NCBI GenBank assembly: GCA_965657355.1
Contig: CBFHOE010000001.1
Coordinates: 530,859-550,397 of the forward strand
Reading direction: 5' to 3'
Length of the DNA stretch: 19,539 nucleotides
Source: Limisphaerales bacterium
Lineage (GTDB): Bacteria > Verrucomicrobiota > Verrucomicrobiia > Limisphaerales > JAJOIW01
Shown: positions 1-7,966 of the stretch, piece by piece
How the letters are laid out: each line of letters begins with the position of its first letter
Numbering within the stretch: position 1 is the stretch's first letter
The notes under the pieces: generated by a model
The model's input: the letters and a program-made list of their open reading frames with translations, nothing else
Database searches by the model: none
What the model was told of the DNA's origin: nothing
Translations under genes and position numbers: made by a program

Positions 1-40
1 GATCATCCTTGAGTGTATTTTATGTCAGGAAATTTGAATT

Positions 41-703
41 TCAGTTCTGAAACCCGCCAATTTGTAAGAGCTCAGCAAAGCCATTAGCCGTCATCCACGT
101 TGCTCCGTAAATGAAGGAGCTCACAAAAGGAATCTGAAGAGCGACAATAAGGATAATAATTCCATACCTAGAAAAGTTAAGATACGTTTCGTCCGACATT
201 CTGGTAAAAAACTTAAGAATGCTCGACCCATCCAATGGAGGGATGGGTAGTAAGTTGAGATACATTAAAATGAGGCTTATCCACATGACAGTAGTTAAGC
301 TATCAAAAAGAATCTCACTGTCTGCCATCAGAGCCAACTTCATCCCTAAGGCCATAATAAAGGCTAGTATGAGATTCATCAGTGGGCCCGCTAACGACAC
401 CAGCAGCTGGTCTCTATTTGGATTTTTTAAATTTGATGGGTAAATAATGACCGGCCTACCCCATCCAATGATGAAACCTGACATTGATGAATCCATGGCT
501 TGGAGGAGAATGATAACCATTGGTATAGCAACTGTCCCAATGGGATCAATATGGGCTATAGGGTTAAGGGTGATCCTTCCGTGAGCCCTCGGTGTCCCAT
601 CACCACATTTATCAGCTGCCAATGCATGGCCAAATTCATGCACTGTGACGATGACTACCAGCGCACAATACCATATCAGACCATCAATTAACTTATCATT
701 CAT
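41..703 (-). CDS. Site-2 protease family (peptidase M50) intramembrane zinc metalloprotease
   Basis: HEFGH zinc motif in the first TM segment, GRITLNPIAHIDPIG, GWGRPV, VSLAGPLMN and NLLPIPPLDG motifs; multi-TM. The ORF track starts at TTG 739; the ATG at 703 (MNDKLI) is preferred. Confidence 0.93.
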   Translation of the reverse strand: MNDKLIDGLIWYCALVVIVTVHEFGHALAADKCGDGTPRAHGRITLNPIAHIDPIGTVAIPMVIILLQAMDSSMSGFIIGWGRPVIIYPSNLKNPNRDQLLVSLAGPLMNLILAFIMALGMKLALMADSEILFDSLTTVMWISLILMYLNLLPIPPLDGSSILKFFTRMSDETYLNFSRYGIIILIVALQIPFVSSFIYGATWMTANGFAELLQIGGFQN

Positions 704-760
704 CTCATTAAACTTGGACGAGTCTGCACTGTATCCCAAGAAAAAATTTAAAATCTCATT

Positions 761-2107
761 CTATTCTTTGTTTTTTTTCTCTGAAGTGAACTTTTGTCCA
801 GTGAATGCCGCTTCGTTAAATTGTTTTGAATGGATTTGCTGGCTCTTATACGCTGCGAACGACCGAATAATCTGAGCAAGCTGGTTACTATTACGTGTTT
901 GAATGACTATTATCGCTAAAAAAGCTCCAAGACAAATAACCATCAATAAAATAATGACTGATAGGGCTGATTTGATTGATTCATCTATGAGATCTTCCAA
1001 ATTTTTATGGTGATTGGCGGAGACCAAATTAACATTATTTATACGGTTGCTCAGGTTATTGAATATTATTTGATTCATTTTATCTTGAGCTTTTCTTTGC
1101 TCAAGTTCCTCTCTTTTTGATTCCTTTTTGATGGTGTCAGGCAAATACCTAAGATAAGTCGAAAGCTTTTTAATCTGGTTGGAGAGGGCTTCAATTTTCT
1201 CCGACGGATCATTTGATATGTTGGGTTGTTTGACTTTCGTGAGGGCTTGATCAAGAACAGTATTATTGCCTAGCGGAACTTCTTTGCTCTTTTCGGAGTT
1301 CTGTTTTAAATAAGAAACAATGCTGGGAGCTAGCTCGATAGCTGAGTGAATAGTAGGTGTCTCTGATTGCCCTATGTTATCAACAATAATGAACCCTTTA
1401 TTGGGAATCTCTTGTCCCGAGCTTGATTCAAGAACAGGTAACCCCAAATAAATGAATATCCAGCTTTCATCCAAAAACGATGACCTCTCCACGACTTTTT
1501 TTATGAGTTGCCTGGAATAGTCGGATAAGAGATAAGGTGTTCGGCTATCTTCGCTTTCCAGATGGCGCCAATGAACCCAAAAAAGATTTGCTGTTCCGCC
1601 CATGATGGCATCCTTTGCTCGAGCAAATACTTCAACATTATTTTTTTTATAAATCGACTGAGGGAAAATTTTGTCTGTGATTTTTTTAAGAAGTCTATCC
1701 GATGAAAAAAATAGGTGCTCAAATTCAGAGCTATTCTCCGATAGTAAAGAAAAAACAGCCGGATGGTCATCGAAATTGTAAACATCAGAGTCTACGCCAA
1801 AGACACCATGTTTGTCTGGCCATTTCCCGGTAAATAGAGATGCATAGATACCCAAACGGGTCATGGCCTTTTTTTCGGGGCTTTTTTTAGCTTGAAGAAG
1901 AAAGTTTTCGTTAAAATAACCGCCATCAATCCTACCAGATATCTTAGATAGGCTTTGGGTGATATTTAATACTTCAGCAAGGCGCTTTGGAACGACATCA
2001 AAAGAAAACAATAAGACCTTGTATTCTGATGCACGGGAATTGATACCCGATGTTAATGCGCACATTATCCATATAATGACGTTGGCGATAACAATTCTGA
2101 ATTTCAT
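761..2107 (-). CDS. Exported, C-terminally membrane-anchored protein with a divergent alkaline phosphatase/nucleotide pyrophosphatase-like N-terminal domain
   Basis: 448-aa ORF: signal-peptide-like N-terminus; KVLLFSFD and ASLFTGKWPDKHGVFG resemble AlkP/NPP motifs (hhhhShDG; sl.TG..P..HGh); charged helical segment around aa 300-370; hydrophobic segment ALSVIILLMVICLGAFLAIIVI; short C-terminal tail. Confidence 0.6.
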   Translation of the reverse strand: MKFRIVIANVIIWIMCALTSGINSRASEYKVLLFSFDVVPKRLAEVLNITQSLSKISGRIDGGYFNENFLLQAKKSPEKKAMTRLGIYASLFTGKWPDKHGVFGVDSDVYNFDDHPAVFSLLSENSSEFEHLFFSSDRLLKKITDKIFPQSIYKKNNVEVFARAKDAIMGGTANLFWVHWRHLESEDSRTPYLLSDYSRQLIKKVVERSSFLDESWIFIYLGLPVLESSSGQEIPNKGFIIVDNIGQSETPTIHSAIELAPSIVSYLKQNSEKSKEVPLGNNTVLDQALTKVKQPNISNDPSEKIEALSNQIKKLSTYLRYLPDTIKKESKREELEQRKAQDKMNQIIFNNLSNRINNVNLVSANHHKNLEDLIDESIKSALSVIILLMVICLGAFLAIIVIQTRNSNQLAQIIRSFAAYKSQQIHSKQFNEAAFTGQKFTSEKKNKE

Positions 2108-2354
2108 GGTTTTATTGGCAAATCATACGCGTCATTGATCGATAAATTGGACGACAAGCTGCATGGTCGACAATTATGTCAATGTTTGATTCACAATTCA
2201 TCTTATTTATGAGTTTTCCAGAATCAATTTCTCTTTTTAAACCGATTACAGGCCATGCTTCAACAGAAAATCAGTTTCAACTAAGTCATTGGGCTTAACA
2301 GGTTTTTGGATTATCCTGACAATACAAACCCTACGTTTGTGATAATGACTGATA

Positions 2355-2708
2355 ATGACAGGTGATCCATCCAAGAAATCTAATTTGTGTTTGCCCTCCA
2401 AGGTTGAAACCATGCTCGGGTTTTGCCTTCGTTCGAACAACTTTATGTTGGGAAGAGAAAGGATTTTTAAATCGCGTTCCAATCTCCAATTTATTTGGAT
2501 AACAGAAGATACGAGCGAGAATAGTAAAAATGAAATCCTTGAAAAATTTACTGACTATCCCATTATCTGCTTTTCTCAAAGCGAGACCCTCTCAAAAGTT
2601 GTCAGAATTTCAAATGCTAAGATTTTAGGCTTTAAAAAAAGCCAGCTTAGTAAATCCATTTATCAGGCAATGAAGTCGTATCGTATAAATTTGCCTCCAC
2701 ATCAATAA
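2355..2708 (+). CDS. L7Ae/L30e/S12e/Gadd45 family RNA-binding protein (YlxQ-like)
   Basis: 117 aa; the pattern MLGFCLRSNNFMLG...FIWITEDTSENSKNE...SETLSKVVRISNAKILGF aligns by eye with the YlxQ/L7Ae pattern (LGLAxRAGKhhxG...hhhhAxDaSxNT...LGxAhG...hhAh). Confidence 0.7.
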   Translation: MTGDPSKKSNLCLPSKVETMLGFCLRSNNFMLGRERIFKSRSNLQFIWITEDTSENSKNEILEKFTDYPIICFSQSETLSKVVRISNAKILGFKKSQLSKSIYQAMKSYRINLPPHQ

Positions 2709-2723
2709 TTTATACCCGCTACC

Positions 2724-4016
2724 TTGAACCGAAGCGCTAAAGTAAAAAATTACAAAAAACGTTATATTCCCTCTTGGATTACTCCCCTGAAAAAATTTCA
2801 TATTGGAGAAAGAGCTCAGTCAGGAGAAAATTTTATACGGGTTGTTATTCCCTGTTTTGATGAGCCAGATTTATTAGGAGTTATTCAATCCCTTTGCCAA
2901 TGCGAGAAACCCCGATATCCGGTTCTTGTCGTCATCGTTATCAACTATCCTTTCGGCTGTTCTGAAGAGATTCAAAAACGATCTAAATCTCAACTTAATG
3001 ATCTTTTAGAAAAATTAACCGAAAAACCTTTTCAGTGGCTTAATTTTACTCTCATTGAAGCTTTTGATCTCCCAGCTAAAAAATCAGGTGTAGGGCTTGC
3101 TAGAAAAATAGGAATGGATTATGCAGCAATCGAAATTGAACAGGACGATAATTCAGTCCTCGTATGCCTTGACGGGGATTGTCGGGTCCAGAAAAACTAT
3201 TTTAAATCATTAGAAAATCACTTCGAGAGGTATTTGGAGACCCCGGGTTGCAGTATTTATTATTCTCACACTCGTGATGACGAGAAAAGTGATACGTTTC
3301 AAAGCCTAGCAATTCAGCAATACGAAATGCATCTTAGGCTATACTCCAACATGGTAAAAAAAACAGGCGCACCATTTGGATTTCATACCGTTGGATCTTC
3401 TATGGCAGTGCGGACAAATGAATATTTAAATCTTGGTGGGATGAATGTAAAAAAAGCAGGTGAAGATTTCTACTTTCTACAGAAATTTATGAAGGGTAGA
3501 AAATTCTCGCGACTCCAAGAGACAACTGTATTTCCAAGTTCTAGAGTCAGTAAAAGGGTGCCTTTCGGAACGGGAAAAGCAATGCTGGCAGTTTTTGAAT
3601 CGGGAAATAAATTACCGGAATTGAGAACTTACAATGGCGAAATTTTTGAAATTCTAGGTGAATGGTTAAATAATTTAGAGCAAGTCTATAATTATCATGA
3701 TATACGTGCAGGAAAGCCACATGAAAAATTATATGAATATCTTAATTCTATTGAGACCCCGAGAAGAATTTCCCAATCGATTGAAAACAGTTCCAATTTC
3801 CAGACGTTTAAAAATCAATTTTATCAATTTTTTGACGCATTTTTTATAATGAAATGGGCAAACCATGCCCAGAGGTCATGGTGTGATTCAGTTTTAGTTA
3901 ATTCTGAGGCGAAGAAGTTTTTAATAGGTGAAAAATGGAGTGGTCCCTTATTGAGTCAGCAGCAATTATTCGAGGCCATGGCTATGTATGACCGATCCTT
4001 AGGCTGTATAGATTAA
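2724..4016 (+). CDS. Glycosyltransferase family 2-like (GT-A fold) protein
   Basis: VVIPCFDE N-terminal strand, GVGLARKIG, CLDGDC (DxD), GSSMAV, LGG...AGEDFYFLQK, SSRVSKRVPFGTG. TTG start uncertain. Confidence 0.82.
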   Translation: MNRSAKVKNYKKRYIPSWITPLKKFHIGERAQSGENFIRVVIPCFDEPDLLGVIQSLCQCEKPRYPVLVVIVINYPFGCSEEIQKRSKSQLNDLLEKLTEKPFQWLNFTLIEAFDLPAKKSGVGLARKIGMDYAAIEIEQDDNSVLVCLDGDCRVQKNYFKSLENHFERYLETPGCSIYYSHTRDDEKSDTFQSLAIQQYEMHLRLYSNMVKKTGAPFGFHTVGSSMAVRTNEYLNLGGMNVKKAGEDFYFLQKFMKGRKFSRLQETTVFPSSRVSKRVPFGTGKAMLAVFESGNKLPELRTYNGEIFEILGEWLNNLEQVYNYHDIRAGKPHEKLYEYLNSIETPRRISQSIENSSNFQTFKNQFYQFFDAFFIMKWANHAQRSWCDSVLVNSEAKKFLIGEKWSGPLLSQQQLFEAMAMYDRSLGCID

Positions 4017-4019
4017 ATA

Positions 4020-5330
4020 TCAGACTAATAGTAACAGTATAAAAACAACCGCTAGAATATAATGCACGACAGTAAAATTTTTACGCTGACCACCGGGCAG
4101 CAAATGCAGTCCAAAGTATGACAAATACCCCAATGCTATGCCGTAACTAATGCTGAAACTCATTGGGATCATAAATACACAAACCAATGGAGCAGCGCAT
4201 TCATTAATATCACTGAAATTGAGTTCTTTTAATGACTGTAACATCAATATTCCAACAATAATTAAAGCGACTCCAGCAGCTTCCTTGGGAATAGCCAGTA
4301 TGATCGGGGAAAACCAGAGAGCTAAAATAAAACAAATTGAGGTTACAAGGCTTGCCAACCCTGTCTTTGCTCCAGATTCAATTCCAGCGCTCGACTCTAT
4401 ATAACTTGTAACTGGTGACGTCCCTAAAGCCGCCCCGACAAATGTAGAAGCGGCATCCACTTTCATTGCCTTATTGCCGTTTTTCCATTGTCCATGCTTG
4501 TTAATTACTCCAGCTCGCTGACCTATTCCTACTAATGTGCCTGTGGTATCAAAAATGTCTACAATAAGGAAAGTTAAGGTGGCCTGAATAAATAAAGCTG
4601 CATGACCGGAGAGGAATCCCCAATCGAATTTCCAGAATACTGGTTCGATCGAGGCAGGTATTGAAAAAAATTGTTCGGGGATTTGTGTCATTGTCCCACC
4701 GTCTTCAGCACTAGGTATTAGTATCCCAATGCCACTTACAAGTAAGATGACGATTAGCAAACTGCCAGGGATGTTTTTATTTACTAACCAAAGCCCTACT
4801 ATTGTGGCCACAAAAATAATCCATGCTTTTAAATTAAAAGGCGAAATGCCTTTCACTAACGTGGCCGGATCTTCAATCACTATTCCGGAATTCTGCAATC
4901 CTAGAAATAAAAGGAATGCTCCAATACCTGCCGATATTCCAGACCTAAGATTCGGAGGAAAAGCTGCGACTAGGGCTGACCTCATTCCGCTTAAAGACAG
5001 GATGAAAAAAATGATACCGGAGACAAACACAACAGTTAAAGCTGCTTGCCAATGAACCTCTTGGCCACCACATAAGGTAAACGCGAAATAAGCATTGAGC
5101 CCCATTCCTGGTGCCATTGCGATAGGGAAATTCATCCATAAACCCGCGCAAAGAGTTGAGAATGCAGAAATGATCGCAGTGGAGGTCAAGAGAGCTGCAG
5201 AATCCATTCCAGTCGTCGCTAAAATTGACGGGTTGACCGCCAGAATATAGGACATAGCGGAAAACGTCGTCAGCCCACCAAGTATTTCACCACTCAATGT
5301 TGACCCTCTCTCTTGGATGCTTTTTAACAT
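4020..5330 (-). CDS. NCS2/AzgA family nucleobase permease (PbuG/AdeP-like, probably purine)
   Basis: EILGGLTTFSAMSYILAVNPSIL, APGMGLNAYFAF, DIFDTTGT, GTSPVTSYIESSAGIESGAKTGL motifs; highly hydrophobic 436 aa. Confidence 0.93.
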   Translation of the reverse strand: MLKSIQERGSTLSGEILGGLTTFSAMSYILAVNPSILATTGMDSAALLTSTAIISAFSTLCAGLWMNFPIAMAPGMGLNAYFAFTLCGGQEVHWQAALTVVFVSGIIFFILSLSGMRSALVAAFPPNLRSGISAGIGAFLLFLGLQNSGIVIEDPATLVKGISPFNLKAWIIFVATIVGLWLVNKNIPGSLLIVILLVSGIGILIPSAEDGGTMTQIPEQFFSIPASIEPVFWKFDWGFLSGHAALFIQATLTFLIVDIFDTTGTLVGIGQRAGVINKHGQWKNGNKAMKVDAASTFVGAALGTSPVTSYIESSAGIESGAKTGLASLVTSICFILALWFSPIILAIPKEAAGVALIIVGILMLQSLKELNFSDINECAAPLVCVFMIPMSFSISYGIALGYLSYFGLHLLPGGQRKNFTVVHYILAVVFILLLLV

Positions 5331-5390
5331 TTTAATGACATCGTCAAAAAAAGTCAGAGGTCAACTTGTGACCGTGATACTAGAATGTCT

Positions 5391-5975
5391 CTACCTATTG
5401 TGTGGGAATCTAGGGCCGGGGCCATCCTGTGCATGAGCTTCAGTAACGTCATTTTCTTGAAAGCCGTTATTTTGGAGCTCATTGATTAAGACTTGGACGG
5501 CAAAATCAATGTGTTCGCCACTACTGATGGCAGGTTGTTCCCCTCCTATGTGCGGCTTAAAGATTCGGTTAACTGCCGGACGGCGTGCGGGTATATCATA
5601 GACATTCCAATATCTGAGGCGACCAGATTTTTGAAGCATTGACGGCACTCTACCAAATTTCATTTTCATAATAGGTTCATGCTCGTCTTTATTAAGGATA
5701 ATAATGAGCTTCGTAGATTCTAAGTCTTCGACCATGAGCCTTTCTGGTTCTTTATCAAATCCATCTACTGAATCAAATCCCTTGGAAAGTAAGAACTGCG
5801 CTGCGTCGGGAGACAAGCCCTTTAGGCTCCCCCGATCGAATAGCCCTCTCGATTCGGCATCCCAATCAAGCGCTGTTTTTAATGCATAATCATTGAATAA
5901 AATTTCCGCAAGGCGACTGCGGTAATAGTTGCCTGTGCATACGAAAATGACTTTTTGGTTTAGCTGCGCTCCCAT
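5391..5975 (-). CDS. Low-molecular-weight protein-tyrosine phosphatase/ArsC superfamily protein
   Basis: N-terminal P-loop VIFVCTGNYYRSRLAE (CX5R), SRGL, and WNVYDIP general-acid-like loop. Confidence 0.85.
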   Translation of the reverse strand: MGAQLNQKVIFVCTGNYYRSRLAEILFNDYALKTALDWDAESRGLFDRGSLKGLSPDAAQFLLSKGFDSVDGFDKEPERLMVEDLESTKLIIILNKDEHEPIMKMKFGRVPSMLQKSGRLRYWNVYDIPARRPAVNRIFKPHIGGEQPAISSGEHIDFAVQVLINELQNNGFQENDVTEAHAQDGPGPRFPHNR

Positions 5976-6105
5976 GAAAAATATCTATCCCTTATAAGCA
6001 AATACTTTTTAAGCCTTTTAATCAAGACATAACAATTTAACAACACAAGTAGCAGATTATACCAATGGCGAGACTCAGATCTAAATCTTCGGCTATTAGC
6101 TATTT

Positions 6106-6702
6106 CTACGACTTTCCACTTATGTCTAATACCGTTTTCAAAGGACAACCCCATAAATTTGCCAATTCGATCATGTTCTCAAGAAGAGCCCATGTCGCGG
6201 CAGAGTCATAAAGCGCATCATGAAAATCTAATGTCGGATATGCGAGCGTCAATCGTTCCTCCAGCTTAAATATCTTTATAAGATCCCCCAAAGTATAACT
6301 TTTTAAATCTGGAAAAAGTTTTCGACTTAATTCTAGAGTGTCTATCCACGGACCAAATCGGTGTAATGGAAAATGACTCAGAAACTTTTTTTCTGTCCCA
6401 GCGTTATGGGCGACTATTATTCGTCCTTTAAGCCGTGTTGAAATTTGTGGCCACAATTCAGAAAACTGTGGAGCAGAAAATAGATCCTCTTTTTTTATTC
6501 CATGGACCTTGGAAGCCTGCCAAGTAATCGGCCTGGTGGTTTGAATGTAAGAACGAAGATCTTCTTCAACGGCGAATCCCCTGCTGTCCCGAGTTGTTAT
6601 CCCCACTTGAATTGGAACGTCAGCCTGCCCTTTTAATTCGCCTGCAGACTCAAAATCTATGATCGAAAATTGAAAAGTTGAAATTGGATCCGACCGATTC
6701 AT
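6106..6702 (-). CDS. DEDDh 3'-5' exonuclease (DnaQ/Pol III epsilon-like)
   Basis: ExoI IIDFESAG, VHGI, ExoII IVAHNAGTE, WIDTLELSR, ExoIII HDALYDS. Confidence 0.9.
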   Translation of the reverse strand: MNRSDPISTFQFSIIDFESAGELKGQADVPIQVGITTRDSRGFAVEEDLRSYIQTTRPITWQASKVHGIKKEDLFSAPQFSELWPQISTRLKGRIIVAHNAGTEKKFLSHFPLHRFGPWIDTLELSRKLFPDLKSYTLGDLIKIFKLEERLTLAYPTLDFHDALYDSAATWALLENMIELANLWGCPLKTVLDISGKS

Positions 6703-6801
6703 TCGACTTGTCGAGCACTCCGGGTTAATGCTTTCGATAGTTTCAATTTTTGAACAAACGGAACAAAACCGTAAAAGTTAAATGACAATCAAATCCTTTA
6801 A

Positions 6802-7848
6802 TCACCGAAGAAAGAGTTTTTCAGTTTCTTCCCACGAAAGACAGCCGTCGGTAACGGATTGGCCGTATTTGAGTTCTGCGAGCTCGTTGGGAATCTTTTG
6901 ATTTCCTCTTTCAATAAAGCTTTCAAGCATAGCTCCAAAAATAGGCGATTTTTCACCAAGTTTTCCTCTTTGCTCCAAAATGGACTTCCAAACTATGGGT
7001 TGGTTTTCAGGTTTTTTTCCAGAATTTGCATGACTGCAGTCGATCATGATTTTTTCCGGTAGTCCGGCCTTACAAAGGGCGGCGCCTGCTTGAGTTATAT
7101 GCTCCTCCTGATAATTTGGACCATTGCGACCACCGCGCATCACCAAATGGCACTCCGGATTCCCATTTGTCTTAACGATACTTGTCAGGCCCTGGCGATC
7201 GATTCCGAGAAAACTATGAGGTATTCGAGCCGCGCTCATGGCATCGACAGCCGTTTGAACCAACCCATCGGTTCCATTTTTAAAGCCGACTGCCATGCTT
7301 AGGCCTGAAGACATTTCTCTGTGCGTCTGGGATTCTGTAGTTCTGGCTCCTATAGCGGCCCAACTCACCAGATCGGCAATAAACTGAGGAGTTACGGGGT
7401 CCAGGAATTCAGTTGCAGAAGGAAGCCCTATCTCGTTGACATCAATTAACAATTTCCGAGCAGTTTGAAGTCCCTTTTCAATATTACACGACTCATCCAT
7501 ATCTGGATCATTAATGAGCCCTTTCCATCCTATGGTCGTGCGGGGTTTTTCAAAATAAACTCGCATCAGGATAAAATATTTATCAGAAACTTTATCACTT
7601 AATTTTTTAAGCCTGGCGGCATAGTCCAGTGCCGCTTCTGGGTCATGGATGCTGCATGGCCCAACAACGACAAGTAAGCGCTTATCTTTTCCCTGTATGA
7701 TATTACTAATTGTATCTCTACCCGCTTTGACAACTTCTTTAGCCTTGTCTGAGGGCGTGAGCTTTTCCTTGAGTGTTCCCGGTGGAACCAAAGGTTTTAC
7801 GGATTCAACTCTTATGTTTTCAAGTGAGTTCCGAACTAAATTTTGCAT
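6802..7848 (-). CDS. aroG: 3-deoxy-7-phosphoheptulonate (DAHP) synthase, class I-alpha (AroF/G/H type; feedback specificity not determinable)
   Basis: GPCSIHD, MRVYFEKPRTTIGWKGLINDP, AIGARTTESQTHRE, GFKNGTDG, DCSHANS, YGQSVTDGC. Confidence 0.96.
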   Translation of the reverse strand: MQNLVRNSLENIRVESVKPLVPPGTLKEKLTPSDKAKEVVKAGRDTISNIIQGKDKRLLVVVGPCSIHDPEAALDYAARLKKLSDKVSDKYFILMRVYFEKPRTTIGWKGLINDPDMDESCNIEKGLQTARKLLIDVNEIGLPSATEFLDPVTPQFIADLVSWAAIGARTTESQTHREMSSGLSMAVGFKNGTDGLVQTAVDAMSAARIPHSFLGIDRQGLTSIVKTNGNPECHLVMRGGRNGPNYQEEHITQAGAALCKAGLPEKIMIDCSHANSGKKPENQPIVWKSILEQRGKLGEKSPIFGAMLESFIERGNQKIPNELAELKYGQSVTDGCLSWEETEKLFLR

Positions 7849-7865
7849 GTCTAGGAAATAGAGAC

Positions 7866-7886
7866 GGGGCTCTCTTTCGAGGCCCC
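7866..7886 (-). promoter_or_regulatory. GC-rich stem-loop (possible terminator/attenuator or RNA stabiliser) between pfp and DAHP synthase
   Basis: Minus strand GGGGC-CTC-GAAA-GAG-A-GCCCC: 8-bp stem, 1-nt bulge, GNRA loop; followed only by a weak pyrimidine tract (GTCTCTATTT). Confidence 0.55.
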
Positions 7887-7966
7887 AACATTTTTAGATG
7901 TTAAAATTAACTCGTTAAAAACCTAATAGTTTTTGGTTTTGCGTTAATAGCGAGATTTTAGAGGCG

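Noticed and set aside
761..4016. AT-richer stretch as a horizontally acquired island
   Set aside because: No integrase, transposase, tRNA or flanking repeats; other poorly conserved genes in the window look similarly AT-rich.
5331..5390. Purine riboswitch upstream of the NCS2 permease
   Set aside because: Gap is only 60 bp and lacks the conserved aptamer core.
5960..6154. 64-aa minus-strand ORF across the exonuclease-phosphatase gap
   Set aside because: Overlaps both neighbours, no motif or SD; likely chance in AT-rich spacer.
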